Virus record (IMG/VR): IMGVR_UViG_3300025168_000240
Span: 1-37,464 of that record
DNA from: a virus
Taxonomy: Duplodnaviria; Caudoviricetes
Direction: 5' to 3' (one strand)
DNA length: 37,464 bases
Positions 1-10,900 of this stretch are shown piece by piece. The translations under genes and the position numbers were made by a program. The notes beneath the pieces are model-generated. The model was not told where the DNA came from and did not search any database. It worked only from the letters and a program-made list of their open reading frames with translations. The stretch's first letter is position 1, and each line of letters starts with the position of its first letter.

Positions 1-53
1 CCCGATTTAATACTTCGTGCTGTTTGTGGAGAGTAATCCTTCTCATCGCTCAT
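1..53 (-). CDS. partial hypothetical protein (runs off window; MSDEKDYSPQTARSIKS...)
   Basis: Hand-translated; ATG at 53 overlaps the TGA of the upstream small ORF (ATGA coupling). Confidence 0.5.
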   Translation of the reverse strand, partial: MSDEKDYSPQTARSIKS

Positions 54-169
54 ACCTCATAGCCAGCTACAGACCAACCGCCATCACAACTCCCGATTAA
101 AACCAATCCCCCTAGGACCACAATTAGAAAAGCTATAATGCTTAAATAGTCTTTTAAATCTTCATTCAT
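50..169 (-). CDS. small membrane/lipoprotein, 39 aa (MNEDLKDYLSIIAFLIVVLGGLVLIGSCDGGWSVAGYEV)
   Basis: Hand-translated, not in ORF track; TAATG coupling to 169..507; hydrophobic stretch ending in lipobox-like IGSC. Confidence 0.6.
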   Translation of the reverse strand: MNEDLKDYLSIIAFLIVVLGGLVLIGSCDGGWSVAGYEV

Positions 170-507
170 TAGTGTCTACCATTAAGCCTGGAAATAATGC
201 CTTTTATCTCTGATATCTGTGCATCCATGTCAGCAATATCTCTAGAAATCGCTTCATGTCTTCTGTTTCTTTCATCGCTTTGTTGTTCTGATTCACGCTG
301 AATCCTATCTACAAGCTTTAAAACAATTGATTGCGTATTAGACATCACCTCAGACATAGCACTGGCATTTTCTCTTATTGCTTCTAGCTCACCATCTTGA
401 CTGGCCTGACTTTTAATAATGTTTGTAATCATAAAACCGAATAAAAGTGCCATTACTCCAGTAACACCTAAGGAGCCATAAGCTTCTATTAATGTTGATG
501 GGTCCAT
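169..507 (-). CDS. membrane protein with N-terminal TM and coiled coil (holin-like position)
   Basis: Hydrophobic LGVTGVMALLFGFMITNII followed by a heptad-rich tail; lies downstream of the tail fibre. Confidence 0.55.
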   Translation of the reverse strand: MDPSTLIEAYGSLGVTGVMALLFGFMITNIIKSQASQDGELEAIRENASAMSEVMSNTQSIVLKLVDRIQRESEQQSDERNRRHEAISRDIADMDAQISEIKGIISRLNGRH

Positions 508-831
508 TTACAGAGCTTTTAAATCTTTTTCCATTTCTTCCATGTCAGCTTGTTCAGCTTGCATTGCTACAATGTTAGCTTTCATGCGACTGATTTCACC
601 AGCAACTTGCTCTAAGCTATAAGATTGAACTGAATCATCCATTGCTTTACCAGTGCTTCCATCAAATTGCTTCTTAACTAGTTGCAGTTCATCACGAGAT
701 TGTTCTGCTTGTGCTTGTCTTACAACAACACCTTTGTCATCTTTTACTTCTTTTACTGCTTCAACTTCAACGACTTTAGTCTTTTTAACAGACCAGCTTT
801 TAGCAGACTTCATTGCTTTGTAGTTTTTCAT
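508..831 (-). CDS. hypothetical protein, C-terminal coiled coil (tail-fibre associated)
   Basis: 107-aa ORF coupled by TAATG to the tail fibre gene. Confidence 0.65.
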   Translation of the reverse strand: MKNYKAMKSAKSWSVKKTKVVEVEAVKEVKDDKGVVVRQAQAEQSRDELQLVKKQFDGSTGKAMDDSVQSYSLEQVAGEISRMKANIVAMQAEQADMEEMEKDLKAL

Positions 832-3800
832 TACTTTTTTTCCTTTAGTTTAGTTTCAAGTACATTTACTTTATTTGTTAATTCTTGTACAGCATTTACT
901 AATGCCCAAATCATTGGTTCTTGATTAGCCGATAACCACTCACCTTTATCGTCAACCATTTCGGGTATCACTTCTTGAGCTTCTTGAGCTATGATTCCTT
1001 GTCTTTCTTTTTCGGGATTGTAGCCATATGGATTGTCTTCTTTAAAATTATATGATACAATTCTTAGTTTATTAATTGCATCTAATCCAACATTCCAATC
1101 TTCAACATTTTCTTTTAATCTGCCGTCTGATGTCGTACTCCAAGATGAACCATTGTCACCCATATAAACATCGGTAATATTTGAACCACCAATTATTGCT
1201 TTATTGTCTCCAACGCCAGTTGCACCTCGACCAATAACAATTTGGTCTAATGCTCCTGAAGATGATGTATCAGCCCCTTTACCAATTAGGGTATTTCTTC
1301 TGCCGGATTCAAGAGTATTTCCAGACGAAAATCCGATAATTACGTTTCCATCGCCATCTGTTAAAGGCTTTCCAGCAAATTTTCCTAGAATGACGTTTTC
1401 ATAAGAACCATTAGCTTGAAGACCACTACCAACTCCTACAGCGACATTATCATATCCGACTGTTTCAGCATTTAAAGACTCAGCACCTACTGCCACATTC
1501 ATATTGCCAGCTGTAATACCGCCTAATGCAGATTTTCCAACTGCGGTGTTATTAGCACCAGTTCTGATTAATTTTAAAGTATCAAAACCAACAGCAGTAT
1601 TACCACTATTTGATTGTCCACTTACACCCATCATAGAACCACTACCAACAGCAGTATTATTACTTCCAGTTACGTTATAGTATCCAGCTTCCCAGCCTAA
1701 GTTGGTGTTGCTATCTCCCGTGCTTATTGAATACCCAGTTGATTTACCATATAAAGTATTCTTATCGCCACTAATCGCAATATTTGCTCCTGATGTATAT
1801 CCAAATATTGTATTTGATGCACCACTATCATTATTACTAAGACTAATGCGAGAGTTGTCATCGAGTAATAATCTTGTAGTTTGAGATGGTTGAAGTGCTA
1901 TGGCGTCAGCACTTTTTATATAAAAAGGATTGCTATCAGAATGAAATAATTCATTTCCATCAATTTGTAAATTATATGTTCCATCGTTAATATGTAGAAT
2001 TTTACTAGGATTGGTTGTTCCAATTCCAACCTTACCATTTGTAAATACAAAATCATAAGCATCACTCTCAAGTGTAAATTGCATATTGCCAGTACTATGA
2101 TTTTTCATCATAATACTATTACCAAAGTCACCTGCACCAGCAGAATTTCTTGATTGTATAAGTTTATTTGTTAATATTAGAAATTTTTCTGTAGTAAAAG
2201 TATTGCCAGTTGTGTGCAAGTTATAACTAGGCGAGGTTGTGCCAATGCCAACTCGATTGTTAGCACCACCAATAGACATAATAGCTGTGCCACCATAATT
2301 TTTAAAAGTATGAAAATGATTATTGTCACCAGTGTAATAACATGGTTGAGGGGCAAATTCTAAAAACTTTCTATCATATACTCTACCACTACCATCTTGA
2401 AATCCATATAAAGCTCCCGATAGCATCATATTCCCATGAACATCCAATGGATAACCAATATCTGTAGTTTTAATGCCAAGTCCAGTACTTGTAAGTGTCA
2501 TGCGATTAGTGTTGTCTTGATTCCACATAAACTTACCAGCATACGCAAGGTGAAAAAGCATATCGGTATTAGCAGAACCAGTTACTATATCGTTTGTAGT
2601 TCTTGGCATACCTACTGTACCTAGTAATGCTTGGTCTGTATCTCTAAATCTTATTTTACCACTTGTAGAACTAGTTTCTTCTAATGCTAATTCTCCAACA
2701 ATGTGAAGCTTTTCTGTGGGCGAGACTGTGCCGATACCAACATTGCCCCCACTATGAATCCTCATTCTTTCAGCACCAGCACCTTGCCTAAAAACAATCG
2801 GTGTATCAGATTGATTACTTATAATAAATGGTTTTTGACCATTACTATCATATCCAAAAAATGTATAATGATTACTATTTCCCGCATTGGTATTATGTCT
2901 TTCAGATACTATTCTTAATCTTGTATCTGTATCTGATATCTCAAGTGTATTGTTTGGCGAAGCTGTACCAATGCCGACTCTGCCATTAGCCAATATTGCC
3001 ATCTTCTCACTACCTTCGGTATGAAATTGGAACCCACCACCACCATCAGCATTGTAAAGGTCATATCTTAAAATACCAGCATCGCTGTCATCTTTATCAC
3101 CAAAATGTAAACCAGCATATCCAGTTGTTCCACCTATGAGCGTAGCATAGACCGCATCAGAAGCATTATAATTATTTTGAAATACTGCAACACTATTATT
3201 ATCGGTAGCTCCTAAAGCACCTTCGTTATCATCTCCAACAACATGAAACTTATTTAATGGCGAAGTTGTGCCGATGCCAATATTACCTCCAGTATCATTT
3301 ATGGTCATCGCAATTTGACCATCAGTTTTTAAATAAAATTTACCAGCGGTTTTAACATCTATATAGGGATACGAACTACCACTACCGGGATGAAATAAAA
3401 TATTATTAGTAGCATTAGCACTTATTCTACTAAGATACAAGTTTCCATCAACATGAAGTGGTTGAGTAGGCGAGGTTGTGCCTATACCAACTGACCCAGT
3501 AAATGCTGAAACTGGAGCAACACCATCTCCCTTTAAAACTAAAATATCGCTATAAGCACCACTACCACTACTAGTATTGAATGTTTTAAATGTGTGTTTA
3601 AGAAATACAGAATAAGTAAGAGTATTTTGTGTATTTCCATGAATAACATTTTTATTAAGGTCTGCCGTTTCTCCAAATTGAAACACATCATTTACAAAAG
3701 ACTTTCCACCAGCATCAAATCTAATTTTTTCTGCACCCGAACCATTAAATAATTCTAAAGCGACATTATCGCCACTATCAGTATCAATTCTAAAAGCAAC

Positions 3801-6752
3801 ATTACTACCATTATCTTGAACTCCTAAAATATAATCTTTATTTGTGCCAGTAGGTTGTTGAATAGTTAAGGAATAATCAGCGTTTGGCGAGGATGTACCG
3901 ATGCCGACATTTCCTGAGTTATTAATTATAACTCTTTGAGTTCCATCAGTAAAAAATTTATGAGCTTGTAATCCTGAAGTATTTCCGTACTCAAAAGTGT
4001 TATTTAAATTTCTTATAAAAGTTTTACTACCTAAAATAATAGATTGAGTAGTAGTGTTGAAAAAGAATTGACCAGTACCGCTACTATTCGCAATGTTTAC
4101 ATGACCATGAACATCTAATTTTTGACTTGGCGAGGTTGTACCTATGCCCAATTTTCCATTATTAGTAAAATAAATTAAAGAATTACTGCCATCAGGTCTC
4201 CAATCTAAAGTACCTTGAGGTGTAATTTTTAATCTTAAAGTTCCACCACTATTAATTAAAACACCATCTGAAGTATTAAATCTTATTTGTTCTGTACCAC
4301 TTGGGCCTCTTAGACCACGAGCATTATCTACTAATATATCACCCCCACTTACATGGAGCTTTTCTGTAGGCGAGGATGTGCCAATTCCAACTCGCTGACT
4401 ACTATCAATTCTAATTGCATCAGCAGAACCAGTTTGCATTTGTATATAACTTGACTGTCCTATTATTCTTGTACCGCCACTCCATACAAGATAATTATTA
4501 TCAGCTAATCTAAGATTTCCATTTACATGAAGCTTTGTGTTAGCATCTGGAGTTTCAGTTCCTATGCCTACATTAGAACCACCAAGACCAAATATTTGAT
4601 GTAAATCGGAAGTATTTTGACCGAGTATCATTTTACCATAAGTGATTGTAGAACCACCAAATGTTCTACCGACCAAATCTACATTATTACCATTGCTTTT
4701 CCAGACATGATTGGCATATCTAGGACTACCCCCTGAAAAAACTAACTCATCAATATCTACACCTTTTGCACGAAGACTTGCAGTCTGAGCAAGACCACCT
4801 GAAGTTACACCTACATTACCAATATTGATTTTACCATCACTACCAATTTCCATTGCTTCAGTATCAGTACCACCAGTTCTGTAATTAAATTTTACACCAC
4901 TAGTATTGTTGTCAGTATGCACATTTGTAATAGCATTATAAGTGGAACTACTCCCAATTGTGTTAAATCCAAAGTGACCACTAGTACCACTATAAATAGA
5001 AAAATTACTTAAATTAGAAGATAGTAGTTGTGATGAAGTGCTTGATTGATGTTTTATATATACTTCTCTGCCACCACTTGAAGCACTTTTAAAAGTTGTG
5101 CCATTTGCACTTCTAATATAATTGCTTAATCCACCAACTAAATTTAAATCTCCATAACCAGTTGCATAGATTTCAGCAGATGTTGTAGCAGTTAATTTTA
5201 ATTTGTTACTAGTAGCACTAGCATGTAATGGCAATAAAATATTACCAGCTACATGGAGCTTTTCTGTAGGCAAAGTTGTGCCTATGCCAATTTCTCCAGT
5301 ATTTTTAATGGTCATTCTATTATTACCACCCATCCTAAATTGCATAACTGCATTTTCATTAGCATAAGTGTTATTAAACCACATTTGAGTAGTACCTGAC
5401 TCACTATAACCAAATTCTGCTCTGTAAGAAACATGGTCATTAATAATTAAAGATGGTGTGCTAGTACTTGATAAACTATCTCCAACTGATAATAAAGCAT
5501 TAGGCGAGGTTGTGCCGATGCCGACATTTCCAGTAGTATTAGCTATAGATAATTTTGTAGAACCATCTGAACTGTCCATTATTCTAAATGTTGTATCAGT
5601 TGAACTGTACCCCAATCTTACACTAGCACTATTATTAGAATTATTTACTCCAATAACTCCACCTACAGAAACACTAGATAATCCATCTTGACCACCTACA
5701 AGTTTTGTATTTCCAGTATTTAAATTTGCTTGTAGTATTGTTTTATGTGTTGCAAAAGAACCATTTAATCCTTCAATCTTTATTTCGCCACCTTCAGAAC
5801 GAATCCTTGCATTCCCAACACCAGCAGATTCTCCACTATCTTGAAGAATAATTCCAGCATCTGTTCCATCTTTAATATGAAATTTAGCTAAGGGCGAGGT
5901 TGTGCCTATGCCTAAAGAAGAGCCTTTAAGCCTCATTTTTTCAGCATTATTTGTTTTAAAAATCACATCACCAGCAGAAGCTTCACTACTAGCATCACCA
6001 CCTGATACTTTTAAATCAGTTTGCCAAGCACCTTTAAGTTCTGTAACAGCAGTTATAGAATTTCCTAAGTAACCACTCATCGCACCATCGCCTTCTATTT
6101 GCCATTGCAATCCACTGCCATTATATATTCTAAGTAACTTATCGTTATTAGTAGTAGTGTTTTTATAGATTTCTAAACTAGCACTTGGCGTAATTGTGCC
6201 TATGCCAATTTTTCCGCCACCCTCAATAATCATTCTATTCGAACCACCAGCTGAAAATACAATGCCTCTGTCTCCTCCGACATCATTTGCTATTTTCATA
6301 AACAAATTTGTAGAACCAGCCGATGAAGTAAGGGTTGTAGTTGAAATTGAATGATTGTTTCCCGATAACTCTAATTTATCAGAAGTTCTAATTTTGCCTG
6401 AAACAAAAAGAGGTACATTGCTAATAGGTGATGCTCCAATTCCAACATTGCCGTTTCCGACTGTAAGAGTTCTACCATTATCAATGTCAAAATATATTTT
6501 TTGATTACTAGAATCAATAATCATTACAGTGTCACCGCTAGTGTCACCAATTTTTCTTGCAGAACTAGCACCTAAATTAATATTGCCACTAAAAGTAGCT
6601 TCACCACTTACAACTTGAAATGCACCACCAGCATCTGTTGCCCATTCTACACCAGTACCATTAGCCGAGACTTTAAGCACCTTCCCCGAACTTGGGGAAG
6701 ATGCTATTTTACTGGCTGACTGTAGCGTTTCCGCTAATTCACGCCACGCCAT
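831..6752 (-). CDS. long tail fibre with GNVGIGTTSP repeats and C-terminal peptidase S74 intramolecular chaperone
   Basis: About 15 G(N/K)(V/I)GIGTxxP repeats; Gly/Asn-rich NTAVG repeats; C-terminal SDGRLKENV...GIIAQEAQEVIPEMV plus coiled coil typical of S74 chaperones. Confidence 0.9.
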   Translation of the reverse strand: MAWRELAETLQSASKIASSPSSGKVLKVSANGTGVEWATDAGGAFQVVSGEATFSGNINLGASSARKIGDTSGDTVMIIDSSNQKIYFDIDNGRTLTVGNGNVGIGASPISNVPLFVSGKIRTSDKLELSGNNHSISTTTLTSSAGSTNLFMKIANDVGGDRGIVFSAGGSNRMIIEGGGKIGIGTITPSASLEIYKNTTTNNDKLLRIYNGSGLQWQIEGDGAMSGYLGNSITAVTELKGAWQTDLKVSGGDASSEASAGDVIFKTNNAEKMRLKGSSLGIGTTSPLAKFHIKDGTDAGIILQDSGESAGVGNARIRSEGGEIKIEGLNGSFATHKTILQANLNTGNTKLVGGQDGLSSVSVGGVIGVNNSNNSASVRLGYSSTDTTFRIMDSSDGSTKLSIANTTGNVGIGTTSPNALLSVGDSLSSTSTPSLIINDHVSYRAEFGYSESGTTQMWFNNTYANENAVMQFRMGGNNRMTIKNTGEIGIGTTLPTEKLHVAGNILLPLHASATSNKLKLTATTSAEIYATGYGDLNLVGGLSNYIRSANGTTFKSASSGGREVYIKHQSSTSSQLLSSNLSNFSIYSGTSGHFGFNTIGSSSTYNAITNVHTDNNTSGVKFNYRTGGTDTEAMEIGSDGKINIGNVGVTSGGLAQTASLRAKGVDIDELVFSGGSPRYANHVWKSNGNNVDLVGRTFGGSTITYGKMILGQNTSDLHQIFGLGGSNVGIGTETPDANTKLHVNGNLRLADNNYLVWSGGTRIIGQSSYIQMQTGSADAIRIDSSQRVGIGTSSPTEKLHVSGGDILVDNARGLRGPSGTEQIRFNTSDGVLINSGGTLRLKITPQGTLDWRPDGSNSLIYFTNNGKLGIGTTSPSQKLDVHGHVNIANSSGTGQFFFNTTTQSIILGSKTFIRNLNNTFEYGNTSGLQAHKFFTDGTQRVIINNSGNVGIGTSSPNADYSLTIQQPTGTNKDYILGVQDNGSNVAFRIDTDSGDNVALELFNGSGAEKIRFDAGGKSFVNDVFQFGETADLNKNVIHGNTQNTLTYSVFLKHTFKTFNTSSGSGAYSDILVLKGDGVAPVSAFTGSVGIGTTSPTQPLHVDGNLYLSRISANATNNILFHPGSGSSYPYIDVKTAGKFYLKTDGQIAMTINDTGGNIGIGTTSPLNKFHVVGDDNEGALGATDNNSVAVFQNNYNASDAVYATLIGGTTGYAGLHFGDKDDSDAGILRYDLYNADGGGGFQFHTEGSEKMAILANGRVGIGTASPNNTLEISDTDTRLRIVSERHNTNAGNSNHYTFFGYDSNGQKPFIISNQSDTPIVFRQGAGAERMRIHSGGNVGIGTVSPTEKLHIVGELALEETSSTSGKIRFRDTDQALLGTVGMPRTTNDIVTGSANTDMLFHLAYAGKFMWNQDNTNRMTLTSTGLGIKTTDIGYPLDVHGNMMLSGALYGFQDGSGRVYDRKFLEFAPQPCYYTGDNNHFHTFKNYGGTAIMSIGGANNRVGIGTTSPSYNLHTTGNTFTTEKFLILTNKLIQSRNSAGAGDFGNSIMMKNHSTGNMQFTLESDAYDFVFTNGKVGIGTTNPSKILHINDGTYNLQIDGNELFHSDSNPFYIKSADAIALQPSQTTRLLLDDNSRISLSNNDSGASNTIFGYTSGANIAISGDKNTLYGKSTGYSISTGDSNTNLGWEAGYYNVTGSNNTAVGSGSMMGVSGQSNSGNTAVGFDTLKLIRTGANNTAVGKSALGGITAGNMNVAVGAESLNAETVGYDNVAVGVGSGLQANGSYENVILGKFAGKPLTDGDGNVIIGFSSGNTLESGRRNTLIGKGADTSSSGALDQIVIGRGATGVGDNKAIIGGSNITDVYMGDNGSSWSTTSDGRLKENVEDWNVGLDAINKLRIVSYNFKEDNPYGYNPEKERQGIIAQEAQEVIPEMVDDKGEWLSANQEPMIWALVNAVQELTNKVNVLETKLKEKK
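2230..6206. repeat. 12 dispersed direct copies of a 20-bp motif, consensus GGCGAGGTTGTGCCNATGCC (+ strand)
   Basis: Copies start at 2230, 2719, 2956, 3259, 3469, 3886, 4129, 4369, 5269, 5503, 5893 and 6187; degenerate copies at 2008 and 4549. A 22-bp exact duplicate lies at 4350-4371 and 5250-5271. Confidence 0.85.
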
Positions 6753-6755
6753 TTG

Positions 6756-6950
6756 TTAAGCACTCACTTGTGCTGAATTCGATTTAGCAGACTTCTTATT
6801 GCTCTTGTCAGAAGGCTTTACCATTGCTTGGTAACTTTCTCCTAGTTTTTCAAGAACACCTTGAGCAAATGCAGAATCCTTTGCTTGGATGCTTGTATTT
6901 GCTATAGCCTGAATTACGAACTCCATCTCTTGTTGAGTTAACTTATCCAT
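6756..6950 (-). CDS. small hypothetical protein (tail-fibre associated)
   Basis: 64 aa, AAGGAG SD upstream. Confidence 0.7.
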   Translation of the reverse strand: MDKLTQQEMEFVIQAIANTSIQAKDSAFAQGVLEKLGESYQAMVKPSDKSNKKSAKSNSAQVSA

Positions 6951-6971
6951 TGTGCAATCTCCTTGTTATGA

Positions 6972-7865
6972 TTAAGGTCTCCATATTTTGAAAACCCCTA
7001 GTGTGTTATCAAATGCTAAATCTCCAGCCGAAGCTGAAATAGCATTTAATTCTGTTGTTGTCTTTGGCTTTAAGCCAAGTCTGCCATCATTCTTGACAGT
7101 AAATTTTGTATCACCAGCTTTATTCTTAAACGTAGCTTCTCCGTCTTCTTTCATTTTTAAAATTTCTTTATCCGTACCGCTATCATCTACAGTAAGTGCA
7201 ATTTGAGTAGCAGTATCTAATTTCACTTTTGGTGAGTTGTTCGCAGATGATGAAATTTGCCCTGAAGTTGTTTTTACTGCTGAACAAACAATAATTTCAT
7301 CTGTATCAATTCTACCATGTTCGTCTATGGTTAAACCAGTTGGCGATGATGAAGAACCAGTAAATCCACTTCCACCACCACCAATATTAAATTGAGTACC
7401 AGCAAATATTTTTCCATCAGCAACAATATTTCCATTAGTTTCTACATTTCCATTATCTCTAATTCTTATGCCAGTACTACCATAACCCCCACCACATTCT
7501 ATATTTGATGTAGCTATTAAATTATTTGTAGTGGTCGTATTTGTAATGTTTGCATTTAAAGCACTAACTGAACCAGTTAATGTCATAGCTGAACCTGAAA
7601 TAAGGTCAGAGACTGTTAAGTCATCACCGACAGTTAAATCGCCAGTTAATGTTGCGTTAACAGAGTTAAGTGTTCCAGCTATTTCTAATGTCTTACCAGT
7701 AGGTATTTTTAATGTAGTAGTAGAAAGCTGGATTGCAGACTCTACCCCTTCACCATCTACGACAGTTTTAAGACTGGTTTCTAATCCTTGATTTGTTGTT
7801 GCAGAGGAGACTGTTAATAAATCTTTATAAGTTTCCGCTGGTGTTTTATTAATTAATGAGGCCAT
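6972..7865 (-). CDS. tail fibre/spike-like structural protein
   Basis: Thr/Gly/Ser-rich beta-repeat composition (LTGDLTVGDDLTV); GGAG SD; adjacent to the main fibre. Confidence 0.6.
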   Translation of the reverse strand: MASLINKTPAETYKDLLTVSSATTNQGLETSLKTVVDGEGVESAIQLSTTTLKIPTGKTLEIAGTLNSVNATLTGDLTVGDDLTVSDLISGSAMTLTGSVSALNANITNTTTTNNLIATSNIECGGGYGSTGIRIRDNGNVETNGNIVADGKIFAGTQFNIGGGGSGFTGSSSSPTGLTIDEHGRIDTDEIIVCSAVKTTSGQISSSANNSPKVKLDTATQIALTVDDSGTDKEILKMKEDGEATFKNKAGDTKFTVKNDGRLGLKPKTTTELNAISASAGDLAFDNTLGVFKIWRP

Positions 7866-7874
7866 GGTTACTCC

Positions 7875-7904
7875 AAATTTTTAATATTGTGCAGAAGTAT
7901 TAAA
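7875..7904 (-). promoter_or_regulatory. candidate late promoter motif copy (TTTAATACTTCTGCA-N7-AAAAATTT)
   Basis: 13/15 identical to the copy at 23041-23071; intergenic, upstream of the fibre genes. Confidence 0.45.
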
Positions 7905-7909
7905 CATAA

Positions 7910-10900
7910 TTATTGCTTTTTCGATGTTTTATTAATTCTGTTTTTTGAATTGTTTACTGTTTCGGTTGCTTCGTTTTGAGCTTTGATGAATGCCGCATTC
8001 CTTTTATCATAATCTTTTTTTGTTAGATTACCCTTTTGATAAAAATGATGTAGGTAAGCTTGATACTTAGTCCTTTCTTTACTACTATATAAGGTCATGC
8101 CCATATTTTTCTCATATTCAAATAAGATACGTTTTTCTGAGTCTTTTGCTGTCTTGCCATAGAATTGCCTAATGAATGGTGCTTTACTCATATCAGCATC
8201 TCCCATAACCAGGCCGCCAGCAGTATTTACTGTGCGAACAAGTGACTTGCCTAATCCGCCACCTAAATAATCAACAAAGAATTCAAGTGTTTCTGGACTC
8301 GTATCTCCAAGCCATCCTACTGGACCTCTAGCCCTTACAGCATTATTGATAGAACCATCGTTTTTATATGTCAAGCTACCGCCAGTCTTTAAAAAACTGT
8401 ATTGAGCTACATGTTTATATATATCTGGAGTCTTTCCCCAATATTTTTCAACTTCTGCTTTATTAGGGCCGTATGGGTTTTCTGGCTTATGGGGACCACC
8501 ATAAAAGTTTTGATTCATTCCCAATTGAACAAACGGTTCTAGAACAGTAGGTGCAATCATTTGCAGTGATGGACCTGAACCTAAGGGGTTATAAGATGCA
8601 TTTATAGCAGATAATAACCTTGCCATTTGCCTACCAGTATCTACTGGCTTACCTTTCATTTGCCCCCAGGCCATATCACCAGCTATATTGCCAGCGACTT
8701 TAAATACGTTGTAACCGTAAGGTAGCCTTATTTTAAAGTATTTATCTCCAGAGCCATATCTCATTATATAATAGTTATCTTTTTCATAATCACTAAGCTT
8801 TGCATATTCATCATCGTCTTCACTTGCCATATTATTTAAAAATGCCTCAGTAAAACCAAATGCCGCAAGACCAGTTACAAGCTTCCTAGCCTTTGATGAG
8901 TTTTTTAATACTCCAAGTATTCTAATACTTCCTTGCAATCCAGCATTAGAAAATAGATATGCAGAATTAAGTATGTTTCCTAATTGACCTTTACGATTAA
9001 AATTGATTGTAACATTCTTTGCTCCACTAGCCGCTTGCTCTTCACTGTAACCATTATCTAACATTGATTTAAATAATGTCAGTCTTACTGCTGATTCTGT
9101 CGCCTCATTTAAACTTTCCACAAAACCTAAAATAGATTTACCAGCAGACTTAACCCCAATGCCTTTTTCTTCTACTCTTGACAAGTCAGCTTCTAAAGTA
9201 CTTAATTTGTCTTCTATAGATTCATAATCGAAAAAACCAGTCTTACCACCAGCTTTCCTCATTCTTTCGTATAATTGAGCCCATTCAGAATCTATATCCT
9301 CATTTTGAACAACATTATAAACAGCTTTCCAGGCTTTACCCAAATTCTTGGGAGATAACGATTGCATTAAAACATCGTTACCTTGTTCAGAACTAATATT
9401 TACTCCAGCAGTTTGGATATCACGAACAAAATTTGTTACGATAAATTCAGGATTGGCTATTGTATTAATATAACGTAAATAATTATTAATTTTATTTAGC
9501 ATTGGAATAGCTTTTGTTGAACCGATATCTTTCATTGCTCTAGCAATCTGCTGACCACTAGCCCCTTTAAAAATAATCTGTTTTACTTTTCCATCTACTT
9601 TTACATGGATTACGTCATCTGGATTAACGGCAACACCTTCAGAATTTTTAATTGAAGAAAGTGGTATCATGTGGTCTATTTCACCCTGGTCATCATAAAC
9701 TGGCTTATGCTTTACTCCAATAACTTCATAAGATTCACTTGGGTAAGACTCGACCAAACTTAAAAGTCTTTTATTAACCAGGTTCTTTTCAGAGCGAACT
9801 ACAGAACTGTGATACTGCTCTAATGAACTAATTAAAATATTTTCAACTTCCCTTTCACTACCATAAGACCTCTGAAACTCTTTTCCTTTTACATCAAAAG
9901 TAGAAGTCCTTCTTTTAGACTCTTCAATAATAGCTTCTTTATTATCCTCGACTCTAAATAATGGGACATAATTTTTATAGGTATTTTTTAAGGTGTCATA
10001 TGTCTCCTGGTCAATTAATCCAGCCTCTAATCTCCTATCCAGAGAAGCATCAATAACCTTAGTTTTAAACTCTTTTGAAAAAGTTCTTATTTTTTTAAGG
10101 CCATACTTTTTATTTAATTTTCTTTTGGTGTCCTTAGCTTGCTGGTTTGTCATACCACTACCACCATCTTGCATGTCTTCCCTTTTACTCGCAACATAAT
10201 TATTACGTTCCTGGGCATGTAAGGCGTGAAGGTATAAATTAAAATCTTCTGAAGAGATTCCTGAATTGACAAGCCTAGACATAAAACTATCAGGATTCTT
10301 ACTGTCAATCATCTCTTTGTTAAAATCCCGTATAATTTCTGGGACCTTACCAATAAATAATTCAGTAGCTAAGTTAACATTTTGATGGTCTCTTATTCTT
10401 CTGTCGCCTAAAAATTTAGACTGAATATCACCTTGCCAGGATACTACTGGATGTAGTTTGTCGAATATTAAGGTTTGAATATAATCAGATAATGTTCTAT
10501 CTGATATTTCGAGGGTTTTATCTACTTGCTCAGCCGCTCGTACCTCTGCGGCAAAGTCTGGGTCAGGTACTAACTGTCTAGTTTTTCGCTGTTGTTCGGA
10601 GTTTCGTTTGAGGGTTGACTCAAGTCTTCTTTCGATTTTTGGCCCATAATGATTGTCGAGCCTTTCGAGTAGAACGGATTGGTGGGTTTTAAGAATGGAA
10701 TCTCTATACCGTTTACCGTTATTGTCTCTTGTCCAGTTATTTTTTGTGTTTTCATATTTTGTCCCAGCTGGTCTCAAAGTTAATTCTAATCCTAATTCGG
10801 TCCTAATTCTTTCTAAAGCTTTTTCTACATTATCTTTATGATTAGATGCAAAATCTTTTTTTTCTGTAAAAGTACCAACAAATAATGATGGTTTATTATT

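Noticed and set aside
831-6752. Diversity-generating retroelement or invertible shufflon acting on the tail fibre
   Set aside because: No reverse transcriptase, no ~100-bp TR/VR pair differing at adenines, and all repeat copies noticed are in direct orientation.
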